64,000 bases of DNA from Malacoraja senta (taxonomy: Eukaryota): contig JAXLNO010001166.1 in assembly GCA_038087875.1 (NCBI GenBank), positions 558,001 through 622,000 of the forward strand, written 5' to 3'. Below, piece by piece: positions 33,451 through 44,060 of the stretch; the first letter of the stretch is position 1, and the number at the start of each line of letters is the position of its first letter. Under the pieces are notes generated by a model that ran no database searches, was not told the origin of the DNA, and worked only from the letters and a program-made list of their open reading frames with translations. The position numbers and the translations under genes are program-made.

Positions 33451-35184
33451 CGCGGCGCGGAGAGACTGCGGCCGCCCGCCCGCCTCTGGGATGGATGCGC
33501 TCAGGGCGGGGATTTATTCATGAGCAGAAGCACTGAGGTGAGCGGATATTTCACCGCGCTCTTTCACTGCTCCCTGAACTTGGACTGGGTCACCGCATAA
33601 ATAAATGTGTTGGTGCAGCAGCTGAGAATACTCAGCAAAAACCCGACGTAGTGAAAGATATATTGAGAATCATTCAGATCCTTTCCAATTCCTGTGATCT
33701 GATAATAGACGAAGTCTACAACCAGCGTCAGCCACAGGAGGATGAAGCTGCCGGAAATGGTGACGAGTAAAACCATAGACCTCCTCCTGCTCTCCATCTC
33801 CGGGTCACTGCGGTTCTCCCCCTTGCTCTCACCCCTCAGCTCCTTACGGACCCGACTGGCCACTAAAATGTGGCGGACTGTCAGAGCGTTGAGCAGCAGG
33901 ATTACAGCGAAAGGGAGGAACGGAGTTAAAACCGTGTCGATCCAGTCAAATGCCACCCACCCGGGGTCACTGTAATAACTGTCCACCGGGTCACAGCCCC
34001 ACGGGACATTGTCGATGATATATCTGGGTTCATTTGTGAAGTAGCGGGAAGGTTTTTCAGACAGAGCAGAACGCCGGCTGTTGCCAGAACCACGGCCGCA
34101 GTTTTCCCGCTGCAATATTTAGTTTTCAGCTTCTGGCAACAAATGGCGACAAAGCGATCAAAGGTGAAAGTGACGGTGAACCAGACAGAACAGTCTGTAG
34201 CTGCATACATCAGCACTTCGTTAACACTGCACACAGGGGTGATGGACAGGAAACTCCAATAAAAGTAATGAGATCGGATCTGAAACAAAATGACCCCGGT
34301 GATGAGGACCAGTAGATCGGCCGCTGCCATGGCCACCAGGTAGCGAGTGGTGCAGGTGGAGAGGCCGCACTTTCCCCGGGACAGGATCACAATCGCCACT
34401 AAATTCACTGCGGAAAGACAAGGGAACGGACACTGGGCATTTACTCAACACGGTCTCCGGGGCTGAACACCGGCTCGACTTTCAGCTCAAGATCAGGAGT
34501 GTTGGAGTCGGTGCGCGGGTGCTGCAAGTTTAACAATGTCAGAGCCGGCTCCGACTGTGCCCGACCTGCCTGCCTGCTTCAGGGGACAAGAGATAAGGTG
34601 ACGGGCGGGTGGGGTAAAGGGCGGGGAGGGAACGAGCAGCCATCCACCCGCTACAATAGGCGTAATGATCCTTTCTATAGTGAACCCTGCTGCTGCTCAC
34701 AGTCTGTGATGGGGCCGCTTTCACAGACTTAACCGTGAGCGGCCGGCCGCGTTTAACCAGGGCTCTGGGAACTCGGCATCTGATGGGGACGAGGAGGGAG
34801 ACTTCCAGAGGGAAGGCAGGGACAACATGGAATCCGGCAACAGAGTGGTTCCGTTAATGGATTCATTCCACAGTGAGGTCAGTAGACAACAGGTGCAGGA
34901 GGAGGCCATTTGGCCCTTCGAGCCAACATCGCCATTCAATGTGATCATGGCTGATCATCCCCAATCAGTACCACGTAAAGCATCCAGAGAACCGGCCTCC
35001 ACCGCCCTCTGAGTCAGAGAATTCCACACTCATCACTCTCAAGCTTCCACTGAGGTTATCCCAATGGCTTCTTGATGCAAACTACTTCATCTATTGCATT
35101 ATCCCCAAACTCTGCCCTTCCAGAACCAGGTTAGCATTCAGCACAGATAAGGCAAATTATTCAGAAAGGACTTTACACAAGAGT

Positions 35185-35385
35185 AGACAAAAGTGCTGGA
35201 GAAACTCACCGGGTGAGGCAGCATCTATGGAACGAAGGAAACAGGTAACTTTTCGGGCCGAAACCCTTCTTCAGACTGGAAATAGTTACCTATTTCCTTC
35301 GCTCCATAGATGCTGCCTCACCCGCTGAATTTCACCAGCATTGTCTACCTTCGATTTTCCAGCATCTGCAGTTCCTTCTTAAACA
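35185..35385 (-). mobile_element. Penelope-derived hammerhead-core repeat with inverted arms and TSD
   Basis: Direct repeat ctttacacaagagt at 35171-35184 and 35386-35399; minus-strand core ctgaagaagggtttcggcccgaaaagtt. Confidence 0.75.
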
Positions 35386-35404
35386 CTTTACACAAGAGTG
35401 CAGC

Positions 35405-35660
35405 TCGTATGAGCAGAATTAGGCCATTCGGCCCATCATGTCTACTCCGCCATTCTATCATGGCCGATCTATCTTTCCCTCTCAACCCCATTCTCTTGCC
35501 TTCTCCCTGTAACCCCCCGACACCCGCACTAATCAAGAATCTATCACTCTCCGCCTTAAAACTATCCATTGACTTGGCCTCCACCCCCGTCTGCGGCAAT
35601 GAATTCCACAGATTCACCACCCTCTGTCTAAAGAAATTCCTCCTCATCTCCTTTCTAAAG
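35405..35660 (-). mobile_element. CR1 3' fragment
   Basis: FRKEMRRNFFRQRVVNLWNSLP and CR1 3' UTR. Confidence 0.85.
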
Positions 35661-35828
35661 GTAAAGGTAAAGCTGGGGGAAGAACGCACTACAATGGCCG
35701 CCATATCCAATCAGCCCTGATATTCCTCTTTCTCTCCCTCCCCACACAAGGTGCCCTTCACACTTCCCTCCTGAAGCAGAGGCCAATTGTTGCAAATGAG
35801 AGTCCACCCCTTCTGAAATCCAGACGGT

Positions 35829-36021
35829 CGACGCAGAAAGCGGAGTAACTCAGCGGGAGAGGCAGCATCTCTGGAGAGAAGAAATGGGACTGAAGAAGGG
35901 TCTTGATCCGAAACGTCACCCATTCCTTCTCTCCAGAGATGCTGCCCGTCCCGCTGAGTTACTCCAGCACTTTGTGTCTATCTTCGATTTAAAACAGCAT
36001 CTGCAGTTCTTTCCCACACAC
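35829..36021 (+). mobile_element. Penelope-derived hammerhead-core repeat with inverted arms and TSD
   Basis: TSD gaaatccagacggt at 35815-35828 and 36022-36035; core ctgaaga-a-gggtcttgatcc-gaaac-gtc at 35890-35917. Confidence 0.8.
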
Positions 36022-37667
36022 GAAATCCAGACGGTGCCAGGAATGCAACATATTATCCCCATGTATGGACGGTGTGGGATATATGTACCAAAGCACAGAG
36101 ACAGGGGGGGGGGTTGAGTTAGTCGGGTTAGTTTAGACATACAGCGGCTAATTTCTGCAGACTCAAGATGGTGCAGGTGAAGTAACAACACACACACGCC
36201 GGTAGAACCGCGGCCACTGGTTCAGGAGATCGATCCAATTATTGACCAACAGGCTGTGGGTGGAATCCGACTGTGACAGACAGACTCCACAGTGAGACAC
36301 AGTGTCCACAGGAGCGGCTGTTCACTCTGATCAATAACTCAGACACAGTGAACTTCACAATGTTAACCCCTCTCTCCCAGTCACACCGTCCCGGAGAACT
36401 GCCTGCCTGCCTGTCCCGAGCACTGGGACAACTCTGGGCAAGGTCCCATTGAAGGCAAGAACAACATTCTAGTGGGTCCCGGCCGGCAGCAGTGAGAGAA
36501 AAAGAGGGTTAGTTTCAGCTGTCTGAAAATAAGAAAAAGCACAGCGTTAATTCACAAATATTTCACTAAGAGGATTGATATTCTTCACATATTCTTGTAC
36601 AACGATCATCAGTTGGGAATTTGTAACATGATGAGAATCAGGTCAACACCAGTTGACACACGGATGGAGTTATAAAACTTGAATTGTTCTGCTCACTTAC
36701 CAGGGACTCCAACGGCAGCAATGATCACGTACAGGATTTTCTCCACGTCGGAATATTCCCGCAGCTTTTCTCCCATTTCTCTGCCCAGCGACGTGTCCCC
36801 GTGAGCTACCGGTAATGTCTCGGAATGAAATGCTGAGGCAGAACATTCCTGGAGATTTTATACCATTTTCCGTCTCCACCGGGACAGTGACGTTTCAACA
36901 GAGTTTAAAAATAGAGATTTAGAAATGATTCACAAACAGATGACATCAGCCCAGTGAAATCCCTGCTGAGACAGGTTGTGATTTATTCAGGGAATTGATT
37001 GAGAAACTCCAAAGACTGGGAATTGTGGCGATAGATACTGAGGGATGGAAATTGGGAACGGCGGCATTGTTCCAGCAAAGGGGATATTGTTACAAACTCC
37101 ATCAGATCCAACTCTCCACCTCATGTTGTTTGTCTGATTTCCTTCAATCCGTTTCACTCAGCAAGGCAATGCCAAATTCCAGGGACCCCCTCGTGGATTC
37201 TGGTGCGCAGTTTGAAGGTGGACTGGACTGGGCGACCTTTGTGCACAGGTTGAGGAATTATTTCAACACATCACCTCAGACTAAAATGCCCCCCCCCCCA
37301 CTCTGCTTCACCACTCAATATGATCGCGGCTTCACTGACTGTGACCTCTACCCCACACTCCCGCTGACTGACCCCGGGAACCATTCACTCCCTGCTTGCC
37401 TGGAATAGATATGACTATACCATGGGACAATACCATTCTCTGCCTTCCTTCATCAACTCTGTGGAGGAACGACCAAAAGACTCACGACACTCCGAGAACA
37501 GAAACATTGCCGCCTCAGACTTGTCCTCAACCTAAATAAAACAGCGAATGATGCAGCACCTCTCCCTCCCCTCTTTCTCTCTCCCTCCATCCTTACTGCT
37601 GTCACTCTCTCTGAACTGTTACTCTCTCCCCTACGCTCTCTATTCCCCCTCTCTGGGCTGCCCTTTC

Positions 37668-37816
37668 TCCGCCCACTGATGGAGGGACACAGTGAGATAG
37701 TACTGATGGAGGGATACAAATGGGGCAGAACTGACGCAGGGACACACTGTGGTGGTACTGATGGAGTGACACACTGTGGTGGTACTGATGGAGGGGCACA
37801 CTGTGGTGGTACTGAT
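37668..37816. repeat. About 27-bp minisatellite abutting the 5' LTR
   Basis: cactgtggtggtactgatggag(t/g)gaca-type units, about five copies. Confidence 0.8.
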
Positions 37817-38393
37817 TGTTATGCGCTCCCCCCCCCTGGTGAAGGCTATGTACTTACCTTTCTCTGTTTCTTTCCCGAGTGCAGGCCTTGTGGCTGTGAG
37901 TCTGGAATCAAGGGGTTAAAAGGCTCCTGTACCCAATTGGCCAAGCTGCGACAGGTGACGGGTGACTCATCTGAAGCTTACATACCAGAGTCATCCCAGG
38001 ATTCTCTCTCTCCTTCGTCGACCCTGACTTGTGAGCTGACTGCTGGAGTGAGCTGCGGAAGGCCTGGCCACCTGGCATAGAACTTTGTGTACTTTCACCC
38101 TTACGAAATATTGAATTGGGACGGATAAGGGCTTATCTAGTGTTTTCGTGTATTTTGTTTCAGGGTTATATCTCTTTAGGCAGGTTTTAGGGTCTCCGGT
38201 TCGACGGTCCATCACGTGGCTGGCTGCAGCACTGTTAAATTGTTTGTCAGTCCATCCATATCCCTGACTGGGTTGTTTGAATCAGGTTTGGGTTTTGTGT
38301 TCAATTGAATAATTAAAACTACTTTTGAACTTGAACCTGGTTTTTGAATTATGTTACGCGGCTCTGAAGTACCTGTATTCGGGAGTCGTAACA
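37817..38393 (+). repeat. 5' LTR (577 bp)
   Basis: tgttatgcg...gagtcgtaaca; aligns to 43166-43737. Confidence 0.93.
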
Positions 38394-38396
38394 AAA

Positions 38397-38409
38397 TGGG
38401 GGCTCGTCC
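38397..38409 (+). other. Primer binding site complementary to the tRNA-Pro 3' end
   Basis: tgggggctcgtcc three nt after the 5' LTR. Confidence 0.8.
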
Positions 38410-38559
38410 TAAGTTTTGAGGACCCTAGACGTTTTTTTTTTTTTTTTAGTAGGCTTCTGGTGAGTAAGGAAGTCTGTGTTGTGAGGGAAAATTTTCTTCC
38501 CTGTTTGTGGTAGCATTGGTGGCCCAGGGTTTAGCTGGTGCTTTGGTGCTACATTTGAT

Positions 38560-40405
38560 ATGGAGTTTAAAGGGAAGGACTTTATTGAGGCTCCTAGTCG
38601 GGAGTTGTTTGATAGATGTACGAAGGAGCATTTGATTTTTCTGGCTGAGAACTATGAAGTGCCTATTAACCCACATTCAAGGAAACTGTCCATTAAATGG
38701 GTGTTGTGGGCTGCGTTGGTGGAGGGTGGGGTTTTGCCTGGCTGTGCAGAAAGTCCCACACCTGTTCAGCCTGATCAGGACATGGAGGCAGTCATTAGGT
38801 TAAAGGAGTTAGAGCTGGCAAAAGCAGAGGAGGAGACCAAAAGAGCAGAGATTCAGCTGCGTGGGGCTGAGGAGGAAACCAAGAGGGTAGTGATTAGGCT
38901 GCGGGAGAAGGAATTGGATGCCTCCCGGGTTTCTTCTAGGGAACGGGAGTTTGATGCGAGCAGAAATATTCGTTTGGTTCCACCGTTCAGTGAAAGAGAT
39001 GTTGATAAATATTTCACTTTGTTTGAGCGTGTGGCTATATCACTGAAGTGGCCTAGGGACGTGTGGACCTTGCTATTGCAGTGTGTCCTTGTGGGTAAAG
39101 CACGGGAGGTGTACTCGTCTTTGTCTGTTGAAAGCAGTCTGGACTATGAGTGTGTGAAGTCTACAGTATTAAGGGCTTATGAATTAGTTCCAGAGGCGTA
39201 CCGGCAGAAATTCCGGCGCTTTAGGAAGTTTGATAGTCAGACTTATGTGCAGTTTGCTAGGGAGAAGGAGGCACTTTTTGATAGGTGGTGCACTTCTCAA
39301 GGAGTGAAGGATATTGGGCAACTGCGGGCCTTGATGATTATGGAAGAATTTAAGAACTGTCTCCCTGAGAGGGTTACTACTTACCTTAATAAGCAGAAGG
39401 TGAATGAGGTGTCTAAGGCCGCGGTGTTGGCAGATGAGTATGTATTGACTCATAAAACTGATTTTGTTGGGCGCTCCAATAGTTTTGGTGCACGGCCGGT
39501 TGATCATGGTGGTGTCGCCGGTGGCAGTGTCAAAGGTATTTCTGTGCCTGCAAGTGGCAGCACGTTGATACAGGGGGAGGTCCGAGCTGATAAGGTTGAC
39601 GGAAATTTGAGGACTAACGAAGGTCATGTGTGCTACTATTGTAGAGGGAGAGGGCACATGTTAAAGGCGTGCCCCGTTCTGAAGCAGAAAAATGAAAAGC
39701 CTGTGGCTTTGGTGGGTACACAGAAGGCACCTGTGGTACCTGAGGTGCCTGAGTCTGATGAGTGTAGGAATTATTCTGCGTTCATCATGAATGGTTTTGT
39801 TTCTCTGGAGGATGGGGGTGATAGAGTTCCAGTATCCATCTTACGTGATACTGGCGCTACTCAGTCCTTTATATTGGATAGTGTACTGCCGTTTTCTGGG
39901 GAATCATCGGTTGGGTCAAGTGAGTCTCGAGTCCGAGTTGGTTTCAGGCCAGGTAACTGTTGGGTTACAGCCGTGTTTTCCCGTTGGGGGAGTTTCAGTA
40001 ATTTTGGGGAATGACTTGGCAGGAGGTAGTGTTATAGTTACTCCTGAGGTGATGGCTGTTCCGATGGTGCAGAGTCCGGATAGATTGGCTATGCAGCATC
40101 CAAGGGTCTTCGCAGCTTGTGCTGTCACGAGGGCTATGGCTAAGAGCCAGGCGAAGTTTGGGGATGTAGTGGACCCAAGTGAGAGCATTTTGCGGGATCA
40201 GGATGAGGGATCCTGTGTTGTGAAGGGTGTTTCTGCATCTCAAGATGGGATAGTGTCTGGAAATGGGCCGGTGTCACTGTCACGTGACCGGCTGGTTGAG
40301 GAGCAAAAGAGTGATCCAGGTTTATCTGATCTGTTCGACTGCGCGGTGCCTGAGGGGGATATGGATCCACAGCAAAGGGGTATTTTCTATGGGAGGGCTT
40401 ACTGA
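38560..40405 (+). pseudogene. Gag (SCAN-like domain, CCHC knuckle) and protease, frameshifted
   Basis: EAYRQKFR...LMIMEEFKNCLP...AAVLADEY; CYYCRGRGHMLKAC; LRDTGATQS. Frameshifts near 39920 and 40380. Confidence 0.85.
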
Positions 40406-40422
40406 TGCAAAAGTAGTCTCCC

Positions 40423-43095
40423 TTGGATATATCTGGGCATGATGATTGGAGCGTGGTTGATCAGATTGTGATACCTCGTCGGTATAGGGACGAGATACTC
40501 TGTTTGGCTCATGATGGTCCTCTGGGTGGACATTTGGGGGTCAATAAGACGTATGACCGTATCTTACGGAATTTTTTTTGGCCAGGGTTGAAAAAGGACG
40601 TGAAACAGCAGTGCAGGTGTTGTCACATTTGCCAGGTGGCAGGAAAGCCGAACCAATCGATTGTTCCTGCGCCTTTATATCCAATCCCTGTGGTCGGTGA
40701 GCCGTTTGAGCGAATTTTACTTGATTGTGTGGGTCCTCTACCTCGGACAAAAGTGGGCAACAAGTTTTTATTGACAATTATGTGTGCGGCTACCCGCTTT
40801 CCGGAGGTGGTCCCTGTGCGTAGAATTACTGCCCCTATCATTGTGAAGTCTCTCACTAAGATTTTTTCGTTGTTCGGTTCGCCCAAGGTGGTGCAGAGTG
40901 ACCAAGGTTCCAACTTCATGTCGAAGGTTTTTGGTCAGGTAATGAAGTTGCTTGATATTAAGCATTGTTACTCCAGTGCGTATTACCCTGAGAGCCAGGG
41001 AGCTCTCGAGAGGTTTCACCAGACTTTGAAATCGATGTTGAGGTCTTACTGCCTGGAGTTTGAAAAAGACTGGGATGAGGGGGTTCATCTAGTTATGTTT
41101 GCGGTGCGTGCGGTCGTGCAGGAGTCTTTAGGGTTCAGTCCTGCTGACCTGGTGTTCGCGCATACTGTACGTGGTCCGTTGACGGTCCTAAAGGAGAAAT
41201 GGTTGCAGGAGGATACCAAACGAAGTATTTTAGACCACGTCTGTACCTTTCAGTCTAGACTGAAGAGGGCATGCGAACTGGCAATGGGTAATCTTGCTTC
41301 TGCTCAGTCTAGGATGAAGGGGTGCTTCGACAGGAAGGCTTCAAGTAGGAATTTTTCTCCAGGTGACAAGGTCCTGGTGTTGTTGCCCATTCCTGGTTCC
41401 AATCTACAGGCTCGGGATAGCGGTCCCTATCCGGTGGTTAAGAAGGTTGGTGAAAGGGATTATGTTATTGGTACCCCTGATCGAAGGCGAAAGACTCAGC
41501 TCTGTCATGTCAACATGATGAAGCAGTACCATGAGCAGGAGCCTGTGGAGGTTGATGGGGAGGTGCTGTGTCCTTCGGTTTTGGCTGCAGTGGTGCTGCC
41601 CCCTGACACGGGTGCTGATGTGGGTGAGGCACGGTTGTCGGAGGCAGTGACGCAGGGATGGCTGTGTAACTCTGAGGCTTTGGAGTCGCTTCCCTTGCGG
41701 TTGTCTCATTTGACTGAGCATCAGCGGGGTGATCTGCTGGCTTTGGTGGAGTCAAATGGGTCACTGTTCTCGGATGTGCCTTCTCAGACATCTGTGCTGC
41801 AGCATGACATTGACGTGGCCGGTGCTGCGCCAATTAAACAGCATCCGTATCGGGTCAACCCTGACAAGCGTCATCGTCTATGGAGTCAGGTTGACTATAT
41901 GCTGCGGCATGGCATTGCTGAACCTAGTTGTAGTCCGTGGAGTTCTCCGTGTCTACTGGCTACGAAGGCTAATGGGGAGGACAGGTTTTGCACGGACGTT
42001 CGGAAAGTGAATGGTGTAACTAAGCCGGATTGCTATCCTCTCCCACGAATGGAGGATTGTGTGGATCGTGTGGGAAGTGCATCTTTTGTGACTAAGTTGG
42101 ACTTGTTCAAAGGGTATTGGCAAGTTCCTTTGACTAGGTGGGCGAGGGAGATCTCAGTGTTCGTTACGCCTGATAACTTTCTGCAGTACACAGTAATGGC
42201 ATTTGGGATGCGCAATGCGCCGGCAACCTTCCAACGGTTGGTGAACATTGTATTGTCTGGTTTGTCGTTCTGTGAGGCATACCTTGATGATTTGGTTGTG
42301 TGCTCCATGTCGTGGATCGAACACATCGGTCATCTGAAGGAGGTATTTCATCGTCTAGCGGAGGCAAAGCTCAATATCAATCTGGGGAAGTGTGAGTTTG
42401 GCCAGGCCACGTTAACGTATCTGGGTAAGGTGGTGGGCCGGGGTCAGGTTCGCACTCTCAAGGAAAAGGTGGAGCATATTGTCGCATTTCCTGCTCCAAC
42501 CTCGAGGACTGAACTCCGTAGGTATCTGGCTATGGTTGGGTACTATAGAGGATTCTGTCCAAACTTCTCTGCGGTAGCTGCCCCTTTGACGGATTTGCTG
42601 AGTCCGAAGGTAGCTTTTGTGTGGTCCGCAGAGTGTCAACAAGCCTTTGATCATACTAAAAGTCTTCTGGTGCGCGCACCAGTGCTTGCGGCGCCTGATT
42701 TTGATCGTACATTTAAGCTGGCAGTGGATGCTAGTGATCGTGGGGTTGGGGGAGTTCTTCTACAGGATGATTCAGATGGGGAGGAGCATCCAATTTTGTA
42801 CTTCTCAAAGAAGTTTAATCGTCATCAGAAGTGGTACTCCACCATTGAGAAAGAAGCCCTTGCTATTTTAATGTCTCTGAATCATTTCGAGATATATGTT
42901 GGCTCCTGGAATGTCCCTGTCATCATACTCACGGATCATAATCCGTTGGTATTTTTGAAAAGTATGAAGAATAAGAACCGGCGGTTAATGAGCTGGAGTT
43001 TGCAGCTGCAAGACTACAACCTAGAGGTCAGGCATATCCGTGGCAAGGATAATGTCTTGGCTGATGCCTTGTCGCGCCAGTGGAGTTTCAGCTGA
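40423..43095 (+). CDS. Pol: integrase, RT, RNase H (open 890-aa segment after a TAG at 40414-40416)
   Basis: AH..GGHLG...C..C zinc finger, LDCVGP, QSDQGSNF, GALERFHQTLK; then RT (DLFKGYWQ, YLDD) and RNase H (DASD, EKEAL, TDHNPL, ADALSR). Confidence 0.9.
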   Translation: MDISGHDDWSVVDQIVIPRRYRDEILCLAHDGPLGGHLGVNKTYDRILRNFFWPGLKKDVKQQCRCCHICQVAGKPNQSIVPAPLYPIPVVGEPFERILLDCVGPLPRTKVGNKFLLTIMCAATRFPEVVPVRRITAPIIVKSLTKIFSLFGSPKVVQSDQGSNFMSKVFGQVMKLLDIKHCYSSAYYPESQGALERFHQTLKSMLRSYCLEFEKDWDEGVHLVMFAVRAVVQESLGFSPADLVFAHTVRGPLTVLKEKWLQEDTKRSILDHVCTFQSRLKRACELAMGNLASAQSRMKGCFDRKASSRNFSPGDKVLVLLPIPGSNLQARDSGPYPVVKKVGERDYVIGTPDRRRKTQLCHVNMMKQYHEQEPVEVDGEVLCPSVLAAVVLPPDTGADVGEARLSEAVTQGWLCNSEALESLPLRLSHLTEHQRGDLLALVESNGSLFSDVPSQTSVLQHDIDVAGAAPIKQHPYRVNPDKRHRLWSQVDYMLRHGIAEPSCSPWSSPCLLATKANGEDRFCTDVRKVNGVTKPDCYPLPRMEDCVDRVGSASFVTKLDLFKGYWQVPLTRWAREISVFVTPDNFLQYTVMAFGMRNAPATFQRLVNIVLSGLSFCEAYLDDLVVCSMSWIEHIGHLKEVFHRLAEAKLNINLGKCEFGQATLTYLGKVVGRGQVRTLKEKVEHIVAFPAPTSRTELRRYLAMVGYYRGFCPNFSAVAAPLTDLLSPKVAFVWSAECQQAFDHTKSLLVRAPVLAAPDFDRTFKLAVDASDRGVGGVLLQDDSDGEEHPILYFSKKFNRHQKWYSTIEKEALAILMSLNHFEIYVGSWNVPVIILTDHNPLVFLKSMKNKNRRLMSWSLQLQDYNLEVRHIRGKDNVLADALSRQWSFS

Positions 43096-43165
43096 ATATT
43101 TTCTGGGATTTGGTGGTGTTTATTCTCTCTTCTTCCGAAACGTATTCAGTATCTTTGGGTGGGGG

Positions 43166-43737
43166 TGTTAGGCGCTTCCTCCCCTGGTGAATGATATGTA
43201 CTTACCGTTCTCTGTTTCTTTCCTGAGTGCAGGCCTTGTGGCTGTGAGTCTGGAATCAAAGGGTTAAAAGGCTCCTGTACCCAATTGGCCAAGCTGCGAC
43301 AGGTGACGGGTGACTCATCTGAAGCTTACATACCAGAGTCATCCCAGGATTCTCTCTCCTTCGTCGACCCTGACTTGTGAGCTGACTGCTGGAGTGAGCT
43401 GCGGAAGGCCTGGCCACCTGGCATAGAACTTTGTGTACTTTCACCCTTACGAAATATTGAAATGGGACGGATAAGGGCTTATCTAGTGTTTTCGGGTATT
43501 TTGTTTCAGGGCTATATCTTTTTAGGCAGGTTTTAGAGTCTCCGGTTCGACGGTCCATCACGTGGCTGGCTGGAGCACCGTTAAATTGTTTGTTAGTCCA
43601 TCCATAACCCTGACTGGGTTGTTTGAATCAGGTTTGGGTTTTGTGTTATTGAATAATTAAAACTATTTTGGAACTTGAACCTGGTTTTTGAGTTATGTTA
43701 CGCGGCTCTGAAGTACCTGCATTCGTGAGTCGTAACA
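43166..43737 (+). repeat. 3' LTR (572 bp)
   Basis: tgttaggcg...gagtcgtaaca. Confidence 0.93.
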
Positions 43738-43825
43738 CGCTGCGCCATGCGTCTGACGTAATGATGCGCATGCGGCGGGACGGGGTCTTCTTCACGTAGC
43801 CACTCACGTGACTCCGAAGTAAAAT
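43738..43825 (-). mobile_element. DIRS 5' terminus fragment cut by the Gypsy insertion
   Basis: Minus strand attttacttcggagtcacgtgagtggctacgtgaagaagaccccgtcc matches the ICR at 20921-20958 and terminal sequence at 20698-20730. Confidence 0.8.
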
Positions 43826-43874
43826 CCTTGATTTAAATCAGAAAATTCAAACACAATTCGCAGCAATCGAACGG

Positions 43875-44060
43875 ATGCCTCGCAGCGTCAGAGACCCGGG
43901 TTTGATCCCGACTACGGATGCTGTCTGTGTGAACATCGTACATGTGTTTTATCCGGACGCTGGTCTCCACCCACATTCCAAAGTCGTGCAGGTTTATAGG
44001 TTAATTGCCCCCTGTAAATTGCCCCTAGTAAGATGTGTAAGGTGCCAAAGTGGGATTGAG
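43875..44060 (+). mobile_element. HE1-like SINE, partial
   Basis: cagagacccgggtttgatcccgactacgg head. Confidence 0.7.

Larger units (their letters stand above)
33501..36776 (-). pseudogene. GPR139/GPR142-like class A GPCR, two exons, disrupted
   Basis: Exon 1 36776-36701 (MGEKLREYSDVEKILYVIIAAVGVP, G|gtaagt); exon 2 34407-33501 (tccgcag|). TFDRFVAICC and NTFIYAVTQSKFREQ motifs. 1-bp frameshift at about 34044-34048; TGA at 33564-33566 upstream of the in-frame tail KSAVKYPL. Confidence 0.88.
37817..43737 (+). mobile_element. Gmr1-like Ty3/Gypsy LTR retrotransposon, full length, defective
   Basis: Two TG...CA LTRs, PBS, PPT (gggtggggg before 43166), gag-PR-IN-RT-RH order. Confidence 0.93.

Noticed and set aside
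37668-37816. Regularly spaced repeats resembling a CRISPR array (also 6775-6975 and 31324-31545)
   Set aside because: No unique spacers, no cas genes, vertebrate context; these are minisatellites or tandem duplications.
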